The notes: generated by a model not told the origin, from the sequence alone. A DNA stretch of 64,000 nt from Nannocystis radixulma (GCF_028369095.1 NZ_JAQNDN010000024.1:25350-89349), one strand, 5' to 3'. Positions 8,247-20,682 are shown, numbered from the stretch's first letter. Numbers and translations: made by a program.

Positions 8247-9236
8247 GTGGCCGTGGACGACGCGGTGCTCGTGACCGGCGGGGCCGGGTTCATCGGCTCG
8301 CACGCGGTCGCGGCCCTGCGCGCCGCCGGCCGGCGTGTGGTCGTGCTCGACGACTTCAGCACGGGGCGGCGCGACAACCTGGCCGAATGGACAGGTGATT
8401 CGCAGGTCGAGGTGATCGCCGGCGACGTGCGCGGCGACGTGGCGGCGCTGCTGGCCGGCCGCGGGCCGTTCGCGGCGGTGGTCCACCTCGCGGCCCAGAC
8501 CTCGGTGGTGCGATCGATCTCCGCGCCGATCGACGACCTCGACCTCAACCTGCGCGCGACGGCGCGGCTGCTGCTGTGGGCGGCCGCGGCGGGGGCCCGG
8601 CGGTTCGTGTTCGCGTCGTCGGCGGCGGTCTACGGCGAGCCGCGGCGGGTGCCGGTGGCCGAGAGCGACCCGACCGCGCCGCTGTCGCCCTACGGGGCGG
8701 CCAAGCGGGCTGCCGAGCTGTACCTCGGCTGCCTCGGTCCGCTGTACGGGGTGGCGACGGTGTGCCTGCGCCTGTTCAACGTCTACGGGCCGCGGCAGGA
8801 CCCGCACAGCCCCTACTCGGGGGTGGTGGCGGCCTTCCTGGCGCGGGCGCGCCGCGGCGAGTCGCTGGTGATCTTCGGCGACGGCACGCAGACGCGCGAC
8901 CTGGTGTACGTCGGCGACGTGGCGCGGGCGATCGCGCTGGCCGTCGGGCCAGGTCCCGCAGGACATGTCTTTTTAAAAGCAGGGGACACGCCGCCGGAGC
9001 CGGCGGGGATCAACGTCGGCTCCGGGCGCGAGACGTCGATCCTCGAGCTGGCGGCCGCGGTGCAGCGGGTGTGCGGCGAGGACCAGCCGATTGCGTTCGC
9101 GGCGGCGCGCGCGGGGGAGATCGCGCGCTCGGCAGCGGTGACCGAGAAGGCGGCGGAGCTGCTGGGGTTCCGCGCGGAGGTCGAGCTCGAGGAGGGGCTG
9201 CGGCGGACCGCGGCCTGGCTCGCGGGGCAGGGCTGA
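8247..9236 (+). CDS. NAD-dependent epimerase/dehydratase (GalE-like SDR)
   Basis: TGGAGFIGSH Rossmann motif and YGAAK catalytic motif. It contains an unusual AT-rich in-frame segment (8961-8989) encoding HVFLKAGDTPPE. Confidence 0.8.
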   Translation: MAVDDAVLVTGGAGFIGSHAVAALRAAGRRVVVLDDFSTGRRDNLAEWTGDSQVEVIAGDVRGDVAALLAGRGPFAAVVHLAAQTSVVRSISAPIDDLDLNLRATARLLLWAAAAGARRFVFASSAAVYGEPRRVPVAESDPTAPLSPYGAAKRAAELYLGCLGPLYGVATVCLRLFNVYGPRQDPHSPYSGVVAAFLARARRGESLVIFGDGTQTRDLVYVGDVARAIALAVGPGPAGHVFLKAGDTPPEPAGINVGSGRETSILELAAAVQRVCGEDQPIAFAAARAGEIARSAAVTEKAAELLGFRAEVELEEGLRRTAAWLAGQG

Positions 9237-9252
9237 GGCGAGCGCGGGGACG

Positions 9253-9339
9253 CTGTCTTTCAGGACATGTTCAGAAAGAAGTGTTCAAAAGGACATGCTC
9301 GTTGCAGCATGCCCTTTTGAAAATGTCCTGGAGGACAGG
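9253..9339. repeat. Composite AT-rich palindromic element at a convergent gene junction. It has two TGTC-N6-GACA sites (9254-9267 and 9324-9337) flanking a hairpin (TTCAAAAGGACATGC / GCATGCCCTTTTGAA).
   Basis: The reverse complement of the element largely regenerates itself. Local GC is far below the genome average. Confidence 0.7.
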
Positions 9340-9343
9340 CGGA

Positions 9344-10399
9344 TCACCAATCCTCGTAGACGCTGGGCAGCAGCTGGTCGGGCAGCTCGTCGCGGTCGAC
9401 GACGGCGGGCAGGAGGGCGAGGACGCGGTCGGCGGCGTCGTCGGACAGATCGTCGGCGAGCGGGAGGGCGAGGCGTTGGAGGCGGCCGAGGACGGGGGCG
9501 TGGGCCTCGAGGACGGCGAGCAGGTCGTCCTCGTCGCGCAGGACGCCTTCGAGCGAGAGGACCGTCCACGAGGCGGGCAGGGGGCGCTCGCACAGCGCCT
9601 CGATCAGGGCCACGAGGTCGTCGCTGCCGGACAGGTAGACGTGGCGCAGCGCCGGCGCGCGCAGGCCTCGCAGCGCTCGCACGACGTCGGCCACGGGCGC
9701 GGGCTCGGCGTCGCGGCTGAGGCACAGCACCAGGCGCTCGAGCGCGGGGAAATCGCTGTCGCCGAGGCCGGCCAGCGTGGCCGGCGGCAGCGGATCGCCG
9801 AGCAGGTGCAGGTGCTTCAGGCGGGTGTGGCTGCAGCGGCGCAGCTCGGGGGCACCGGTGACGTAGACGGACTCGAGGGCGGGCAGGCCGTGGAAGACGA
9901 GGTCGAGCCGGCCGGGGGTGTTGGCGTACTGGCGGGTGATCGTCTGAAACGGGGTGTCGAAGATGAAGCTGCGGATCTGCGGCAGCGGCCGCCCGGCGAG
10001 CGCGGCCGACAGGGCGGGGCCGGGGATCGCGTGGTCGCACACGAAGTGCAGACCGGCGGCGCCGCGCGCGTCGGCGACGTCGGCCAGCAGCTCGCAGCGG
10101 ACGCGGACGCCGTCGTCCTCGACGAACACGCACTTGAGGCGGCGGTGCTCGGGGTCCCACTCGAACAGGCCGTCGGCGATGTCGCGCTGGCCGTCCTCGA
10201 GGCTGATCGGGCGCGAGGTGAGGCCGTAGCCGTCGCGGCGCATCCGCTTCAGGACGTACTCGAGGTGCGAGCGGGCGTCGTCGGCGTCGTCGAAGGTCTG
10301 GGTGACGGCGTGCTCGCCCTCGCCGGTGACGAGGTCGCAGTCGTCATGGACGATCCGGATGGTGTCGAGCCCGCGGGTGAGGAGGTGTTCGGTGGCCAC
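9344..10399 (-). CDS. Hypothetical protein, possibly WGR-domain or leucine-rich
   Basis: 351-aa ORF with good coding periodicity and no confident family assignment. Confidence 0.45.
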   Translation of the reverse strand: MATEHLLTRGLDTIRIVHDDCDLVTGEGEHAVTQTFDDADDARSHLEYVLKRMRRDGYGLTSRPISLEDGQRDIADGLFEWDPEHRRLKCVFVEDDGVRVRCELLADVADARGAAGLHFVCDHAIPGPALSAALAGRPLPQIRSFIFDTPFQTITRQYANTPGRLDLVFHGLPALESVYVTGAPELRRCSHTRLKHLHLLGDPLPPATLAGLGDSDFPALERLVLCLSRDAEPAPVADVVRALRGLRAPALRHVYLSGSDDLVALIEALCERPLPASWTVLSLEGVLRDEDDLLAVLEAHAPVLGRLQRLALPLADDLSDDAADRVLALLPAVVDRDELPDQLLPSVYEDW

Positions 10400-10450
10400 G
10401 CGGGCGCAGCCTAGCGCAGAAAGCCGCAGCCGCGCCTGCTTCCGACGGAC

Positions 10451-11089
10451 TCAGGCCTGGTCGCGCTGGCGCCGGTGCAGGCCGGCGCCGACGAGGCCGG
10501 CGACCAACAACATGAGGACGCCGGCGCCGAGGTGCGACGGCAAGGTGTGATCGAGGCCGGTGATGACGCAGTGCCAGGTGGTGGTCAGGACGCCGAGCAG
10601 GGCGATCGCGGCGGCCAGCCACAGCGCGCCCGCGGAGCGCCGGCGCTGGACGAACGCGCCGCTCAGGGCGCACACGGCCAGGACCAGGGCACCTGCCCCG
10701 AGGGTCAGGGAGGCGCAGCCGACCTGGTAGATCGGATGGTCTTCCATACCTGTTGGATAGGACATGTCGAAAAGCGCAGGCCCGGCGGCGACCACGAAGG
10801 CGACCGCGGCGGCGAGCAGGCCGAGGACGAGCCGCGCGGCGCGGCCGGGGAACCACAGGCCGAGCCCGAGCGCCGGCAGGGCGAACAGCGCGAGACCCCA
10901 CACCAGCGCCTCCAGGCCGAGGATCCACGCCGGCTGGGCCCAGAAGTCGTCGCGCGCGCCGGTGAGGACGAGGCCGACGATCGGGATCGCGGCGGTGAGC
11001 AGCCAGGCCGGCCGGAAGTGCTGCAGGCGCTCGCGCCGGCGCTCGGCGAGATCGCCGGCGATCAGCGCCTTGGCGTCGACTGCGGTCAT
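10451..11089 (-). CDS. Multi-pass membrane protein, putative anti-sigma factor cotranscribed with the ECF sigma
   Basis: It lies immediately downstream of the ECF sigma gene with a 4-nt overlap. It has 5–6 hydrophobic helices. It contains the AT-rich in-frame segment FDMSYPTGMEDHP. Confidence 0.5.
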   Translation of the reverse strand: MTAVDAKALIAGDLAERRRERLQHFRPAWLLTAAIPIVGLVLTGARDDFWAQPAWILGLEALVWGLALFALPALGLGLWFPGRAARLVLGLLAAAVAFVVAAGPALFDMSYPTGMEDHPIYQVGCASLTLGAGALVLAVCALSGAFVQRRRSAGALWLAAAIALLGVLTTTWHCVITGLDHTLPSHLGAGVLMLLVAGLVGAGLHRRQRDQA

Positions 11090-11694
11090 GCGCCGCCTCC
11101 TCGCGCGAGCAGCAGGAGCAGGGCGCGGAGCGTCGGCGTGAGCCAGCGGGCCAGGGCCTTGTAGGCGCGGTGGGCCCGAACGCGCACGGCGCCCTCGCGG
11201 ATCCGCAGGCGCGCCGCGATCTCGGCCATGCTCAGGCCCTGGAACTTGTGAAGCTCGACGATCTCGCGCTGGCCGGCGGGCAGCTGGGCGAGGGCGTCGC
11301 GCACGCGCGAGGTGATCTCCTGCGCCTCGGCCTCGCCGATCTCCAGGTCCTCGACGGTGGGCAGGTCCGACGGGATCTCCGCCAGGCGGTCGCGCTCGCC
11401 GCCGTCATCGCCGGGCTCGCGCCGGCGGCGGTCGCGGACCTGGGCCCGCAGGTGGTCCACGGCGAGGTTGCGGGCGATCGTGAAGTACCAGGCCTGGACG
11501 GCGCCGTCCGGGCTGGCGCCCTGGACGTGGAAGCGGGCGCGTGCCAGGTGCGCCTTGAGCCAGGTCGCCTGGACCAGGTCTTCGGCGGCGGCGGTGTCGC
11601 GGACGAGGTGCACGAGGAAGGCGGTGAGGCGAGGGGCGAGGGCGGCGTGCAGCGCGGCGAAGGCCCGCGCGTCGCCGTCGAGGTAGCGGTCCAT
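11086..11694 (-). CDS. ECF (RpoE-like) RNA polymerase sigma-70 factor
   Basis: Region 2 (LVQATWLKAH…FTIARNLAVDHLR) and region 4 (EIVELHKFQGLSMAEIA…VRVRAHRAYKAL). An alternative GTG start lies about 70 nt upstream. Confidence 0.8.
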   Translation of the reverse strand: MDRYLDGDARAFAALHAALAPRLTAFLVHLVRDTAAAEDLVQATWLKAHLARARFHVQGASPDGAVQAWYFTIARNLAVDHLRAQVRDRRRREPGDDGGERDRLAEIPSDLPTVEDLEIGEAEAQEITSRVRDALAQLPAGQREIVELHKFQGLSMAEIAARLRIREGAVRVRAHRAYKALARWLTPTLRALLLLLARGGGA

Positions 11695-11759
11695 CAGCGC
11701 GTGGAGGCCCGCCGGAGCGCTGCGGCCCTCCTGGGTCGCGCGGCCGGTGCCGGTGGTGG

Positions 11760-12743
11760 TCACGCGGAGGTCTCGTCGGCCGACAACGTGACGACCTCGG
11801 CCGGAGTTACGCCGTGGAGCCGGCGGTGCGTGAGCGCGGGCAGGTCGCTGCGGACGCGCTGCAGCAGGTCGGCGCGCAGCCAGGTGAGGGCCATGCCCTC
11901 GCCGCGCGAGACCTGGGCGATCACGGCACCCCAGGGGTCGACGGCGAGGCTGTGGCCGAAGCTGTGGCGGCCGTGGCCGTGCGGGCCGTACTGCGCCGGC
12001 GCGAGCACGTAGGCCTGGTTCTCGATCGCGCGGGCGCGCAGGAGCGGCTCCCAGTGGTCGATGCCGGTCAGCAGGGTGAAGGCCGAGGGGACGACGAGGA
12101 TCTCCGCGCCGGCGGCGGAGAGCGCGCGATACAGCTCGGGGAAGCGGAGGTCGTAGCAGATGCTGAGGCCGATCTTGCCGAACGGCGCCGCGAGCACGTG
12201 CGGAGTCTCGCCCGCGAGGATCACGTCGGACTCGGAGGCGCGCGAGCCGTCCGGCAAAGTGGCGTCGAAGCGGTGGATCTTGCGGTAGACCGCGACCACG
12301 CGGCCGCCGAACAGGGCGACCAGGGTGTTGTAGAACTTGCCCGGCTCGCCCGAGGGCGGCAGCTCGGGCAGGCCGCCGAGGATCAGCACCGCCGCGGGGT
12401 ACTCGTGCGAGAGAGAGAGGAAGGGACGCAGCACCGGCGGTGGATCGCCGCGGAGATCGCCGCCTGGCCCCAGGGCGCCGAGATCGACCGCCCACGGGCG
12501 GCGGTCCAGGCCCGGCGGGGCCACGGCCCAGAAGTTTTCGGGCAACACGACCAGCTCGGCGCCGTGCGCGAGCGCCTCGCGCGTGAGTTCGGCGGCGCGG
12601 GCGAGGCTCGGCACGGGGTCGGCCCCGCTGCCGAGCTGGATCAGGGCTGCGCAGAAGTCTCGCACGGGGCGATGGTAGCGAGAAAACGCCCGCCGCCAAG
12701 CCAGACTCCAGTCCCGCCCCGGTGTGGGGCCTCCAGACCTCAT
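11760..12743 (-). CDS. Carbon–nitrogen hydrolase (nitrilase superfamily)
   Basis: VLPENF (catalytic Glu), a YRKIH-type Lys, and LSICYDLRFPE (catalytic Cys). The start is an ATG at 12743 or a GTG at 12665. Confidence 0.7.
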   Translation of the reverse strand: MRSGGPTPGRDWSLAWRRAFSRYHRPVRDFCAALIQLGSGADPVPSLARAAELTREALAHGAELVVLPENFWAVAPPGLDRRPWAVDLGALGPGGDLRGDPPPVLRPFLSLSHEYPAAVLILGGLPELPPSGEPGKFYNTLVALFGGRVVAVYRKIHRFDATLPDGSRASESDVILAGETPHVLAAPFGKIGLSICYDLRFPELYRALSAAGAEILVVPSAFTLLTGIDHWEPLLRARAIENQAYVLAPAQYGPHGHGRHSFGHSLAVDPWGAVIAQVSRGEGMALTWLRADLLQRVRSDLPALTHRRLHGVTPAEVVTLSADETSA

Positions 12744-12867
12744 GGTCTGGGAAGGGGGTTGCTCGCCTTCAAGCGCCGTGCTACAGGCCCGGCCAGCAAA
12801 TTGCCTTTCGCAAGCGAGCAGGCAACTGGCCCAGCTCGCTTTTTTGTTTGTCTCGACTCCCACGCGC

Positions 12868-13539
12868 ATGGCCACAAGGCGCCCGACACACAACTCCCGC
12901 TCGAAGGTCCCACCGCAGCCCGCGGTGGTCGACGACGTCGCCGGCACCGAGTCCGAGCACGACGGCGCGGGCCACGACGTGCACGAGGGGGCGGTGCGGC
13001 TGCTCGAGGGGGCGGTCGAGCCGGTGGCGCGGGCGATGGGCTTCGAGGTGGTGCTGATCGAGTGGGCCGGCGGGCGCGGCGGCCGGGTGGCGCGGGTGTA
13101 CCTCGACCATCCCAACGGGGTCTCGCTCGACGATTGCTCACGCATGAGCGGGGTCCTGAGCAACGCGCTCGACGCCGCCGAGGCCGATCCGGAGACGCCG
13201 GAGCTGGTCGCGTTGCTGTCGCAGCCGTACACGCTCGAGGTCAGCTCGCCCGGCGTCGATCGGCCGCTGGTGCGTCTCAGTCACTTCGCCCGCTTCGTCG
13301 GTGGGCGGGCGGTGGTCCGCACGTTCCACCCGCTGGCGGGCCAGGGCAGCGCCGATCAGCGGACTTTTCACGGGCGGATCGTCGGCACCGAGGTCGACGC
13401 CGCCGATCCTGGTGACGATCGCCGCGGCACGGTGCTCTTGCGATCGCTCGACAGTGATACCATCTACAAGATCTCGCTCGCCGACATCCGGCGGGCCAAC
13501 CTGGTGTACTCGCCCCCGGTTACGGGGGGGCACGGCTAG
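12868..13539 (+). CDS. rimP: Ribosome maturation factor RimP
   Basis: DUF150/RimP-like protein directly upstream of nusA, with conserved synteny. Confidence 0.8.
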   Translation: MATRRPTHNSRSKVPPQPAVVDDVAGTESEHDGAGHDVHEGAVRLLEGAVEPVARAMGFEVVLIEWAGGRGGRVARVYLDHPNGVSLDDCSRMSGVLSNALDAAEADPETPELVALLSQPYTLEVSSPGVDRPLVRLSHFARFVGGRAVVRTFHPLAGQGSADQRTFHGRIVGTEVDAADPGDDRRGTVLLRSLDSDTIYKISLADIRRANLVYSPPVTGGHG

Positions 13540-13560
13540 GACAGCAGAGGTCATCGGTCT

Positions 13561-14973
<1,413 letters not shown>

Positions 14974-14974
14974 C

Positions 14975-15385
14975 ATGCACGCGCCGATGCGCACTTGCGT
15001 GGGCTGCCGCGCCGTCCGCCCCCAGGCGGAGCTCCTGCGTTCGAAGCTGTACGAGCTCGACGCCGATAAGGAGCAGGTCCTTCCGGACCAGTCTGTTCGG
15101 ACATGTGCAAAGCGCCATGGCCTCCGGGCCAGTTCCGGGCGCTCGGCTTACGTGTGCCCGGCGCGCGCCTGCATGGAGCGCGCAGCCCGCCGCGGCGGCT
15201 TCGCCCGCGCGTTCGCCCGCAAGATGCCGCCAGTGGACCCCGCCGCGCTGTGGAGCGCGCACGGCGAGGTGCTCGCGAGCATGATCGATCTCCTGAACCG
15301 CAGCGGCACCGCCGCTGCGCCGCGCGTCCAACGTCTCGCTGCCCTGGCGATCGCCATGCGCGCCGCGGTGGGGAGGGTTTCCTGA
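14975..15385 (+). CDS. YlxR/RnpM-family RNA-binding protein (DUF448)
   Basis: RTCVGCR motif, sitting between nusA and infB. It contains the AT-rich segment QSVRTCAKRHG. Confidence 0.7.
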   Translation: MHAPMRTCVGCRAVRPQAELLRSKLYELDADKEQVLPDQSVRTCAKRHGLRASSGRSAYVCPARACMERAARRGGFARAFARKMPPVDPAALWSAHGEVLASMIDLLNRSGTAAAPRVQRLAALAIAMRAAVGRVS

Positions 15386-15388
15386 GTT

Positions 15389-18300
15389 ATGGCCAAGATT
15401 CGCGTCTACGAGCTCGCCAAAGAGCTGGGCAAGGACAACAAGGTGATGGAGAACCTGATCCGCGGCCTCGGGGTCGAGATCAAGGGCGTCATGAGCACGC
15501 TCGACGACGATCAGGCTGAGCTCGTCCGTCGCCACATTCAAGGCGGCGGTCGCCGCGAGCCCGAGCGCACCGATACGGCCCGCGCTGGCGGTCCGGCGGT
15601 CATTCGTCGTCCCGGCCGCGGCCCGCGTCCGAGCGACGAGGTCGAGGATGAGTCGGAGGTCGCCCGTCCGGCGCCGCCGATCGTGCGCCCGTCGCCGGTA
15701 CAGCAGCCTCCGCAGCAGCAGCAGCCCGCGCCGGTGATCCGGCGTCCGGTGCCGCCGCCCGCCGCGGCCCAGCCGGTCGTGCGCCCCAGCGCCCCGGTGC
15801 GGCCGAGCGAGCCGACGCGGCCGCCCGAGACGCCGTGGGCCACCCCCGCGGTGACGCAGCCGCGGGAGCCGCAGCGTGAGGTGAGGAGCGTGGCCGAGTC
15901 GGTTGAGGTGCGTGAGCGGGTGAGCGAACCGGTCGAGACGCGTCCGAGCCAGCCGGTGCAGGCGCCGGTGCAAGCCGAGCCGCCGGCGCCGCCGGTCGAG
16001 GCGCGGCCCGTGGTGACGACGCCGAGCGAGCCGGTGCAGGCGCCAGCCGAGCCGGTCCTTCCGGAGCCGGTGCAAGCGCCGGCCGAGCCGGTCGTGGCCG
16101 CGCCCCCGCCGCAGCCCGTCGTCGCGCCGCCGGCCCCCGTGATCCAGGCGCCGGTCCAGCCGGCCCCGCCGCAGCGACCCGTGGTGCAGCAGCCGCAGGC
16201 CCCGGTGCAGCGTCCGGTGCAGCGTCCGGCGCAGCCGCCGGTGTCGCGCGCTGAGTCGCGTCCGGAGGTCCGCCGTCCGGAGCCGTCGCGGCCGCAGCCG
16301 CAGCAGGCCGCTCCGCGGGCGCCCGCGCCCGAGGTGGGCACGCGGATCCAGCTCCCGCCGGGCACCAAGCGCCTGCCGGGCGGTGTCGCGTCGCGCATGG
16401 AAGACCATCCCCGCGGTGGTGAAGCGCGCGGAGAGTCGCGTGACATGCCGCGCGGCGAGCCGCACCGCCGCTCGCCCGACGGTCCGCGTGGCACGCCGCC
16501 ACAGGGCCAGGTCGGTCCCGTCGGCACGCCGCTCCGTCCGGGCGTCCAGACCCGTCCGGGCCCCGGCAAGCCGGGTGCGCCGACCCAGACCGGCACGCGT
16601 CCGCTGGGCAGCGGGCCGCAGTTGGGCCAGACCGGTCCTCGAGGACAGGTCGTGCAGCCGGCGCCGGTGGCAGCCCGTCCGGGCGAGCGCTCGTCCGGCG
16701 GCCCGTCGGGTCGTCCCGCGGCGCCCGCGGCCCCGCAGGCGCAGCAACAGCAGCAGCCGCCGCAGCAGGCGCAGCCGGTCGCGCTCGACGACGTCGCCAA
16801 CCGTCGCGTCGTGCGCGACGAGTCCGGCGTGATCGTCGGCGCCGCCCCGCAACGGGCCGAGCCGCGCATCGTCGGGTTCGTCCAGCTGGCGAACCGCCCG
16901 CGGCCGCAGCAGGTGATCATCACCGACGCCAGCGACAGTCAGCAGCGCGGCCGCGCGACGATCCGCAAGGAGCGCGAAGAGCGGGCGCAGCAGCAGGGCC
17001 GCAAGCGCAAGACGATGGTCCGCAACGTCCGCGGCCGCCCCGGCGTGCCCGGAGCCCGACCCTCCACGCAGGAGATGTCGGAGTCGAAGAAGCGCATCCG
17101 CGTCGACGAGGCGATCCCGGTCGCCGACCTCGCGCACCAGATGGGCAAGAAGGCGACGATGCTGCTCAAGACGCTGTGGGGCATGGGCCTGCGCGGCGTC
17201 ACCATCAACAGCTCGATCGACGCCGAGACGGCCGAGCTGGTCGCGGCCGAGTACGGCTACACCGTCGAGAACGTGGCCTTCCAGGAGGACCAGTACTTCG
17301 ACGAGGGCGCCGAGGAGGGGGCCGGCGAGACGCGCGCGCCCGTGGTCACCATCATGGGCCACGTCGACCACGGCAAGACCTCGCTGCTCGACCGGATCCG
17401 CAAGGCCACGGTGGCCGAGGGCGAGGCCGGCGGCATCACCCAGCACATCGGCGCCTACAAGGTCAGCACGGCCAAGGGCGACGTGGTGTTCCTCGACACG
17501 CCCGGTCACGAGGCGTTCTCGGCGATGCGTGCCCGCGGGGCCCAGGTCACCGACGTCGTCGTGCTGGTGGTCGCCGCCGACGACGGCATCATGCCGACCA
17601 CGGTCGAGGCCATCAAGCACGCGCGGGAGGCCAACGTCCCGCTGGTGGTGGCGCTCAACAAGATCGACAAGCCCGACGCCAACCCCGGCCGCGTCAAGCA
17701 GATGCTGATGGAGCACAGCTTGGTCGGCGAGGAGTACGGCGGCGACACCATCATCTGCGAGGTGTCGGCGAAGACCGGCAAGGGCATCGAGCACCTGCTC
17801 GAGATGTTGGCCATCCAGTCGGAGATCCTCGATCTCCGGGCCACCACCGAGGGCCGGGCGATCGGCGTCGTGCTCGAGGCGCGCGTCGACAAGGGCCGCG
17901 GTCCGATCGCCACCGTCCTCGTCGAGGCCGGCACGCTGCGCAAGGGCGACATCGTGGTCGCCAACGAGTTCAGCGGCAAGGTCCGCGGCATGCTCGACGA
18001 CCGCGGCCGCGCGCTCGAAGACGTGGGGCCCTCGACGCCGGTCGAGGTCCTCGGTCTCGACGGCGTGCCGTCGGCCGGCGACCGCTTCAACGTGGTGGAG
18101 AGCGAGAAGGCCGCGCGCCAGCTCGTGACGCACCGCCGCGAGGTCCGCCGCCGCAAGGAGAGCGCGCGCTCGGGGCCCAGCATCGCCGACTTCATCCAGC
18201 GCAAGAAGACGCCGACCCTCAAGATCGTCCTGCGGGCCGACGTGCAGGGTTCGGCCGAGGCGCTCAAGCAGGCGCTGCTCGAGCTGTCGACCGACAAGGT

Positions 18301-18823
18301 CAAGGTCGAGGTCATCTCGTCCGGCGTCGGTGCGATCACCCAGACCGACGTGAAGACCGCCTCGGCGGGCGAGGCCGTGATCATCGGCTTCAACACCAAG
18401 CCGGTCGGCAAGGCCGGTCAGATCGCCGACGCCGAGAAGGTGCCGGTCCACACCTTCAACGTCATCTACAACGCGCTCGACAAGACGCGTGAGTTGATGG
18501 TCGGCCTGCTCGAGCCCGAGTACCGCGAGCGCGATCAGGGCGAGGCCGAGGTGCGGGCGCTGTTCCCGATCCCGAAGGTCGGTGTGGTCGCGGGTTGCCG
18601 CGTGATGCGGGGCCTGATCCAGCGCACGCACCACGTCCGCGTGGTCCGTGGCGGCACGGTCATCCACAAGGGCAGGATCTCGAGCCTTCGCGTCATCAAG
18701 GAGGACGTGAAGGAGGTCCGCGAGGGCTTCGAGTGCGGCATCGTGATCGACTCGTTCCCCGAGGTGGAGCCGGGCGACATCCTGCAGGCGTTCGAGATCG
18801 AGACGATCGCCCCGACGCTGTGA
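15389..18823 (+). CDS. infB: Translation initiation factor IF-2 with a long Pro/Ala/Gln-rich N-terminal extension
   Basis: [15 protein letters not shown]-terminus and GTPase motifs [18 protein letters not shown]. Confidence 0.95.
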   Translation: MAKIRVYELAKELGKDNKVMENLIRGLGVEIKGVMSTLDDDQAELVRRHIQGGGRREPERTDTARAGGPAVIRRPGRGPRPSDEVEDESEVARPAPPIVRPSPVQQPPQQQQPAPVIRRPVPPPAAAQPVVRPSAPVRPSEPTRPPETPWATPAVTQPREPQREVRSVAESVEVRERVSEPVETRPSQPVQAPVQAEPPAPPVEARPVVTTPSEPVQAPAEPVLPEPVQAPAEPVVAAPPPQPVVAPPAPVIQAPVQPAPPQRPVVQQPQAPVQRPVQRPAQPPVSRAESRPEVRRPEPSRPQPQQAAPRAPAPEVGTRIQLPPGTKRLPGGVASRMEDHPRGGEARGESRDMPRGEPHRRSPDGPRGTPPQGQVGPVGTPLRPGVQTRPGPGKPGAPTQTGTRPLGSGPQLGQTGPRGQVVQPAPVAARPGERSSGGPSGRPAAPAAPQAQQQQQPPQQAQPVALDDVANRRVVRDESGVIVGAAPQRAEPRIVGFVQLANRPRPQQVIITDASDSQQRGRATIRKEREERAQQQGRKRKTMVRNVRGRPGVPGARPSTQEMSESKKRIRVDEAIPVADLAHQMGKKATMLLKTLWGMGLRGVTINSSIDAETAELVAAEYGYTVENVAFQEDQYFDEGAEEGAGETRAPVVTIMGHVDHGKTSLLDRIRKATVAEGEAGGITQHIGAYKVSTAKGDVVFLDTPGHEAFSAMRARGAQVTDVVVLVVAADDGIMPTTVEAIKHAREANVPLVVALNKIDKPDANPGRVKQMLMEHSLVGEEYGGDTIICEVSAKTGKGIEHLLEMLAIQSEILDLRATTEGRAIGVVLEARVDKGRGPIATVLVEAGTLRKGDIVVANEFSGKVRGMLDDRGRALEDVGPSTPVEVLGLDGVPSAGDRFNVVESEKAARQLVTHRREVRRRKESARSGPSIADFIQRKKTPTLKIVLRADVQGSAEALKQALLELSTDKVKVEVISSGVGAITQTDVKTASAGEAVIIGFNTKPVGKAGQIADAEKVPVHTFNVIYNALDKTRELMVGLLEPEYRERDQGEAEVRALFPIPKVGVVAGCRVMRGLIQRTHHVRVVRGGTVIHKGRISSLRVIKEDVKEVREGFECGIVIDSFPEVEPGDILQAFEIETIAPTL

Positions 18824-18850
18824 GGCGGCGGGTAGGCGAGGGGAGCGCGT

Positions 18851-19261
18851 ATGGCGAGTAACCGGATGCAACGGGTCGAGGAGACCCTGCGCCGCGGGAT
18901 CGCCGACGCGCTCCTGTTCGGCTCGATCAACGACCCGCGGCTGCAGGGCGTCAACTTCAGCGTCACCGGCGTCAAGGTCGACACCGAGCTGACGCTGGCC
19001 CGCGTGTTCGTCGACCTGCTGTCGCCGGACAGCGACCGCGCCACCGTGCTTGCGGGGCTGCGCTCGGCCGCCGGGGCTTTGCGGCGCGAGCTGCAGGGTC
19101 GGGTGCAGCTGCGCCGGATCCCGGAGCTGCGCTTCGAGTTCGACGAGAGTATCCAGCGCGGCCTGCGGATCGAGACGATCCTGTCCGAGATCGCCACGCC
19201 GCCGGCTCCAAAAGCCGACGACGAGGGCGACGGCGACGGTGGCCAGGGTGACGCAGGCTGA
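18851..19261 (+). CDS. rbfA: Ribosome-binding factor A
   Basis: RbfA family sequence, positioned after infB. Confidence 0.9.
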   Translation: MASNRMQRVEETLRRGIADALLFGSINDPRLQGVNFSVTGVKVDTELTLARVFVDLLSPDSDRATVLAGLRSAAGALRRELQGRVQLRRIPELRFEFDESIQRGLRIETILSEIATPPAPKADDEGDGDGGQGDAG

Positions 19262-20267
19262 GCGCTGCGGCGTCCTGCTGGTCGACAAGCCGGAGGGGCC
19301 GACCTCGCACGACGTGGTCGGCTTCGTCCGCTGGGTCCTGAACGAGAAGCAGGTCGGCCACTGCGGCACCCTCGACCCGCTCGCCTCGGGCCTGCTCGTC
19401 GTGTGCGTCGGCGGGGCGACGCGGCTCGTGCCGTACCTGAGCGCCGTCGACAAGGTCTACCGCGCGCGCTTCGGCCTCGGACGGGCGACGACCACGGCCG
19501 ATCGCGAGGGCGAGACGATCGCCGAGATCGCGGTCGCGCCGGCGCAGGTGGTCGCCGCGGGGGATGTCCTGAAGGACATGTGTGGTGCGCTCGAGCTGCC
19601 GCCGCCCGCGTACTCGGCGGTCAAACTCGAGGGTCGTCCGGCCCACGCCCGCGCCCGTCGCGGCGAGGTCCTGGCGCTGCCGCCGCGGCCGATGGAGTTG
19701 CGGTCCGCGACCGAGATCGAGGTCGGCGAGGACGCGATCGACGCCACCTGTGCCGTGAGCAAGGGCACCTATATTCGCAGCCTCGCGGAGGAGCTCGGTC
19801 GGCGCGTCGGACTGCCGGCGCATCTGGCGGCGTTGCGGCGCACCGCCTGCGGAAGTCTCGCGCTCGTCGACCCTCGCACCGTGCCCGTGGTCGTTTCCGC
19901 GCGTTTGCCGGATCTGGCCGGAGCGCCGCCCAAGTACCGCCTGGGCCTCGCCGGTGCCGAAGGTCGCGACGCCATGCGGGCCCGGCTCGAGGCGGCCTTG
20001 CTGGCGCCCGGGGAGGTGTTGCCGTTTCCGGTCCGCCGCCTCGACGAGGCCGAGGCCGACGCGTTCCGGGGCCTCCTGCACGGCCGTGGCGTCGACGCCG
20101 CTGCACTGCCGGCGGTCGCGCCGACCCTGGCCGAGGGTCAACACCCGGCGGCGAGGCAAGCGCTGTGGTTCCGCGACGCGCTGGTCGTGGTTCGTCTCGA
20201 CGGGCCGCTGTGGCGGCCGGAGAAAATGATCCATGCCGCGGCCGCCGCCCCTGTCACCCTGTCGTGA
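19248..20267 (+). CDS. truB: tRNA pseudouridine(55) synthase TruB
   Basis: GVLLVDKPEGPTSHDVV and HCGTLDPLASG catalytic motif. The GTG start overlaps the rbfA stop. Confidence 0.85.
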   Translation: MTQAERCGVLLVDKPEGPTSHDVVGFVRWVLNEKQVGHCGTLDPLASGLLVVCVGGATRLVPYLSAVDKVYRARFGLGRATTTADREGETIAEIAVAPAQVVAAGDVLKDMCGALELPPPAYSAVKLEGRPAHARARRGEVLALPPRPMELRSATEIEVGEDAIDATCAVSKGTYIRSLAEELGRRVGLPAHLAALRRTACGSLALVDPRTVPVVVSARLPDLAGAPPKYRLGLAGAEGRDAMRARLEAALLAPGEVLPFPVRRLDEAEADAFRGLLHGRGVDAAALPAVAPTLAEGQHPAARQALWFRDALVVVRLDGPLWRPEKMIHAAAAAPVTLS

Positions 20268-20299
20268 CCGCCATGCAGAAAAGCGTCGACGCGTGCGTG

Positions 20300-20340
20300 A
20301 GCGGCCTTGACACGCCGGGGTTTTGCCTGGATTTTCCGCC
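20300..20340 (+). promoter_or_regulatory. Possible σ70-type promoter for rpsO-pnp (TTGACA-17-gATTTT)
   Basis: TTGACA at 20307-20312 and an AT-rich -10-like hexamer 17 nt downstream. This is a weak call in a high-GC genome. Confidence 0.3.
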
Positions 20341-20400
20341 TACACAAAAAGCACAACACCTTCTGCGGGGGCACGGGCTGCCCGCACCGAGAATGCGAAA

Positions 20401-20670
20401 ATGTCTCTCTCTCCTGACCGCACGGCCGAGATCGTCAGCAAGTTCCAGACCCACCCGAACGACACCGCGTCCCCGGAGGTGCAGATCGCCCTCCTCACTT
20501 CGCGGATCAACTACCTCACCGAGCACTTCCGCGGCCACGCCAAGGATTTCCACTCGCGTCGGGGTCTGCTGAAGCTCGTCGGTCAACGCCGTCGCCTGCT
20601 CGACTATCTGCGCAACCGCAGCGTCGACCGCTACCGGTCCCTGATCGGGGCGCTCAACATCCGCAAGTAG
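20401..20670 (+). CDS. rpsO: 30S ribosomal protein S15
   Basis: 89-aa S15 signature [19 protein letters not shown]. Confidence 0.95.
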   Translation: MSLSPDRTAEIVSKFQTHPNDTASPEVQIALLTSRINYLTEHFRGHAKDFHSRRGLLKLVGQRRRLLDYLRNRSVDRYRSLIGALNIRK

Positions 20671-20682
20671 GCCGAGAGCAGA

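Noticed and set aside
8576-10414. 612-aa plus-strand ORF spanning the epimerase 3' end through the 9344..10399 gene
   Set aside because: It runs through an intergenic palindromic element and antisense to a better-supported minus-strand gene. Gly/Arg-rich artefact.
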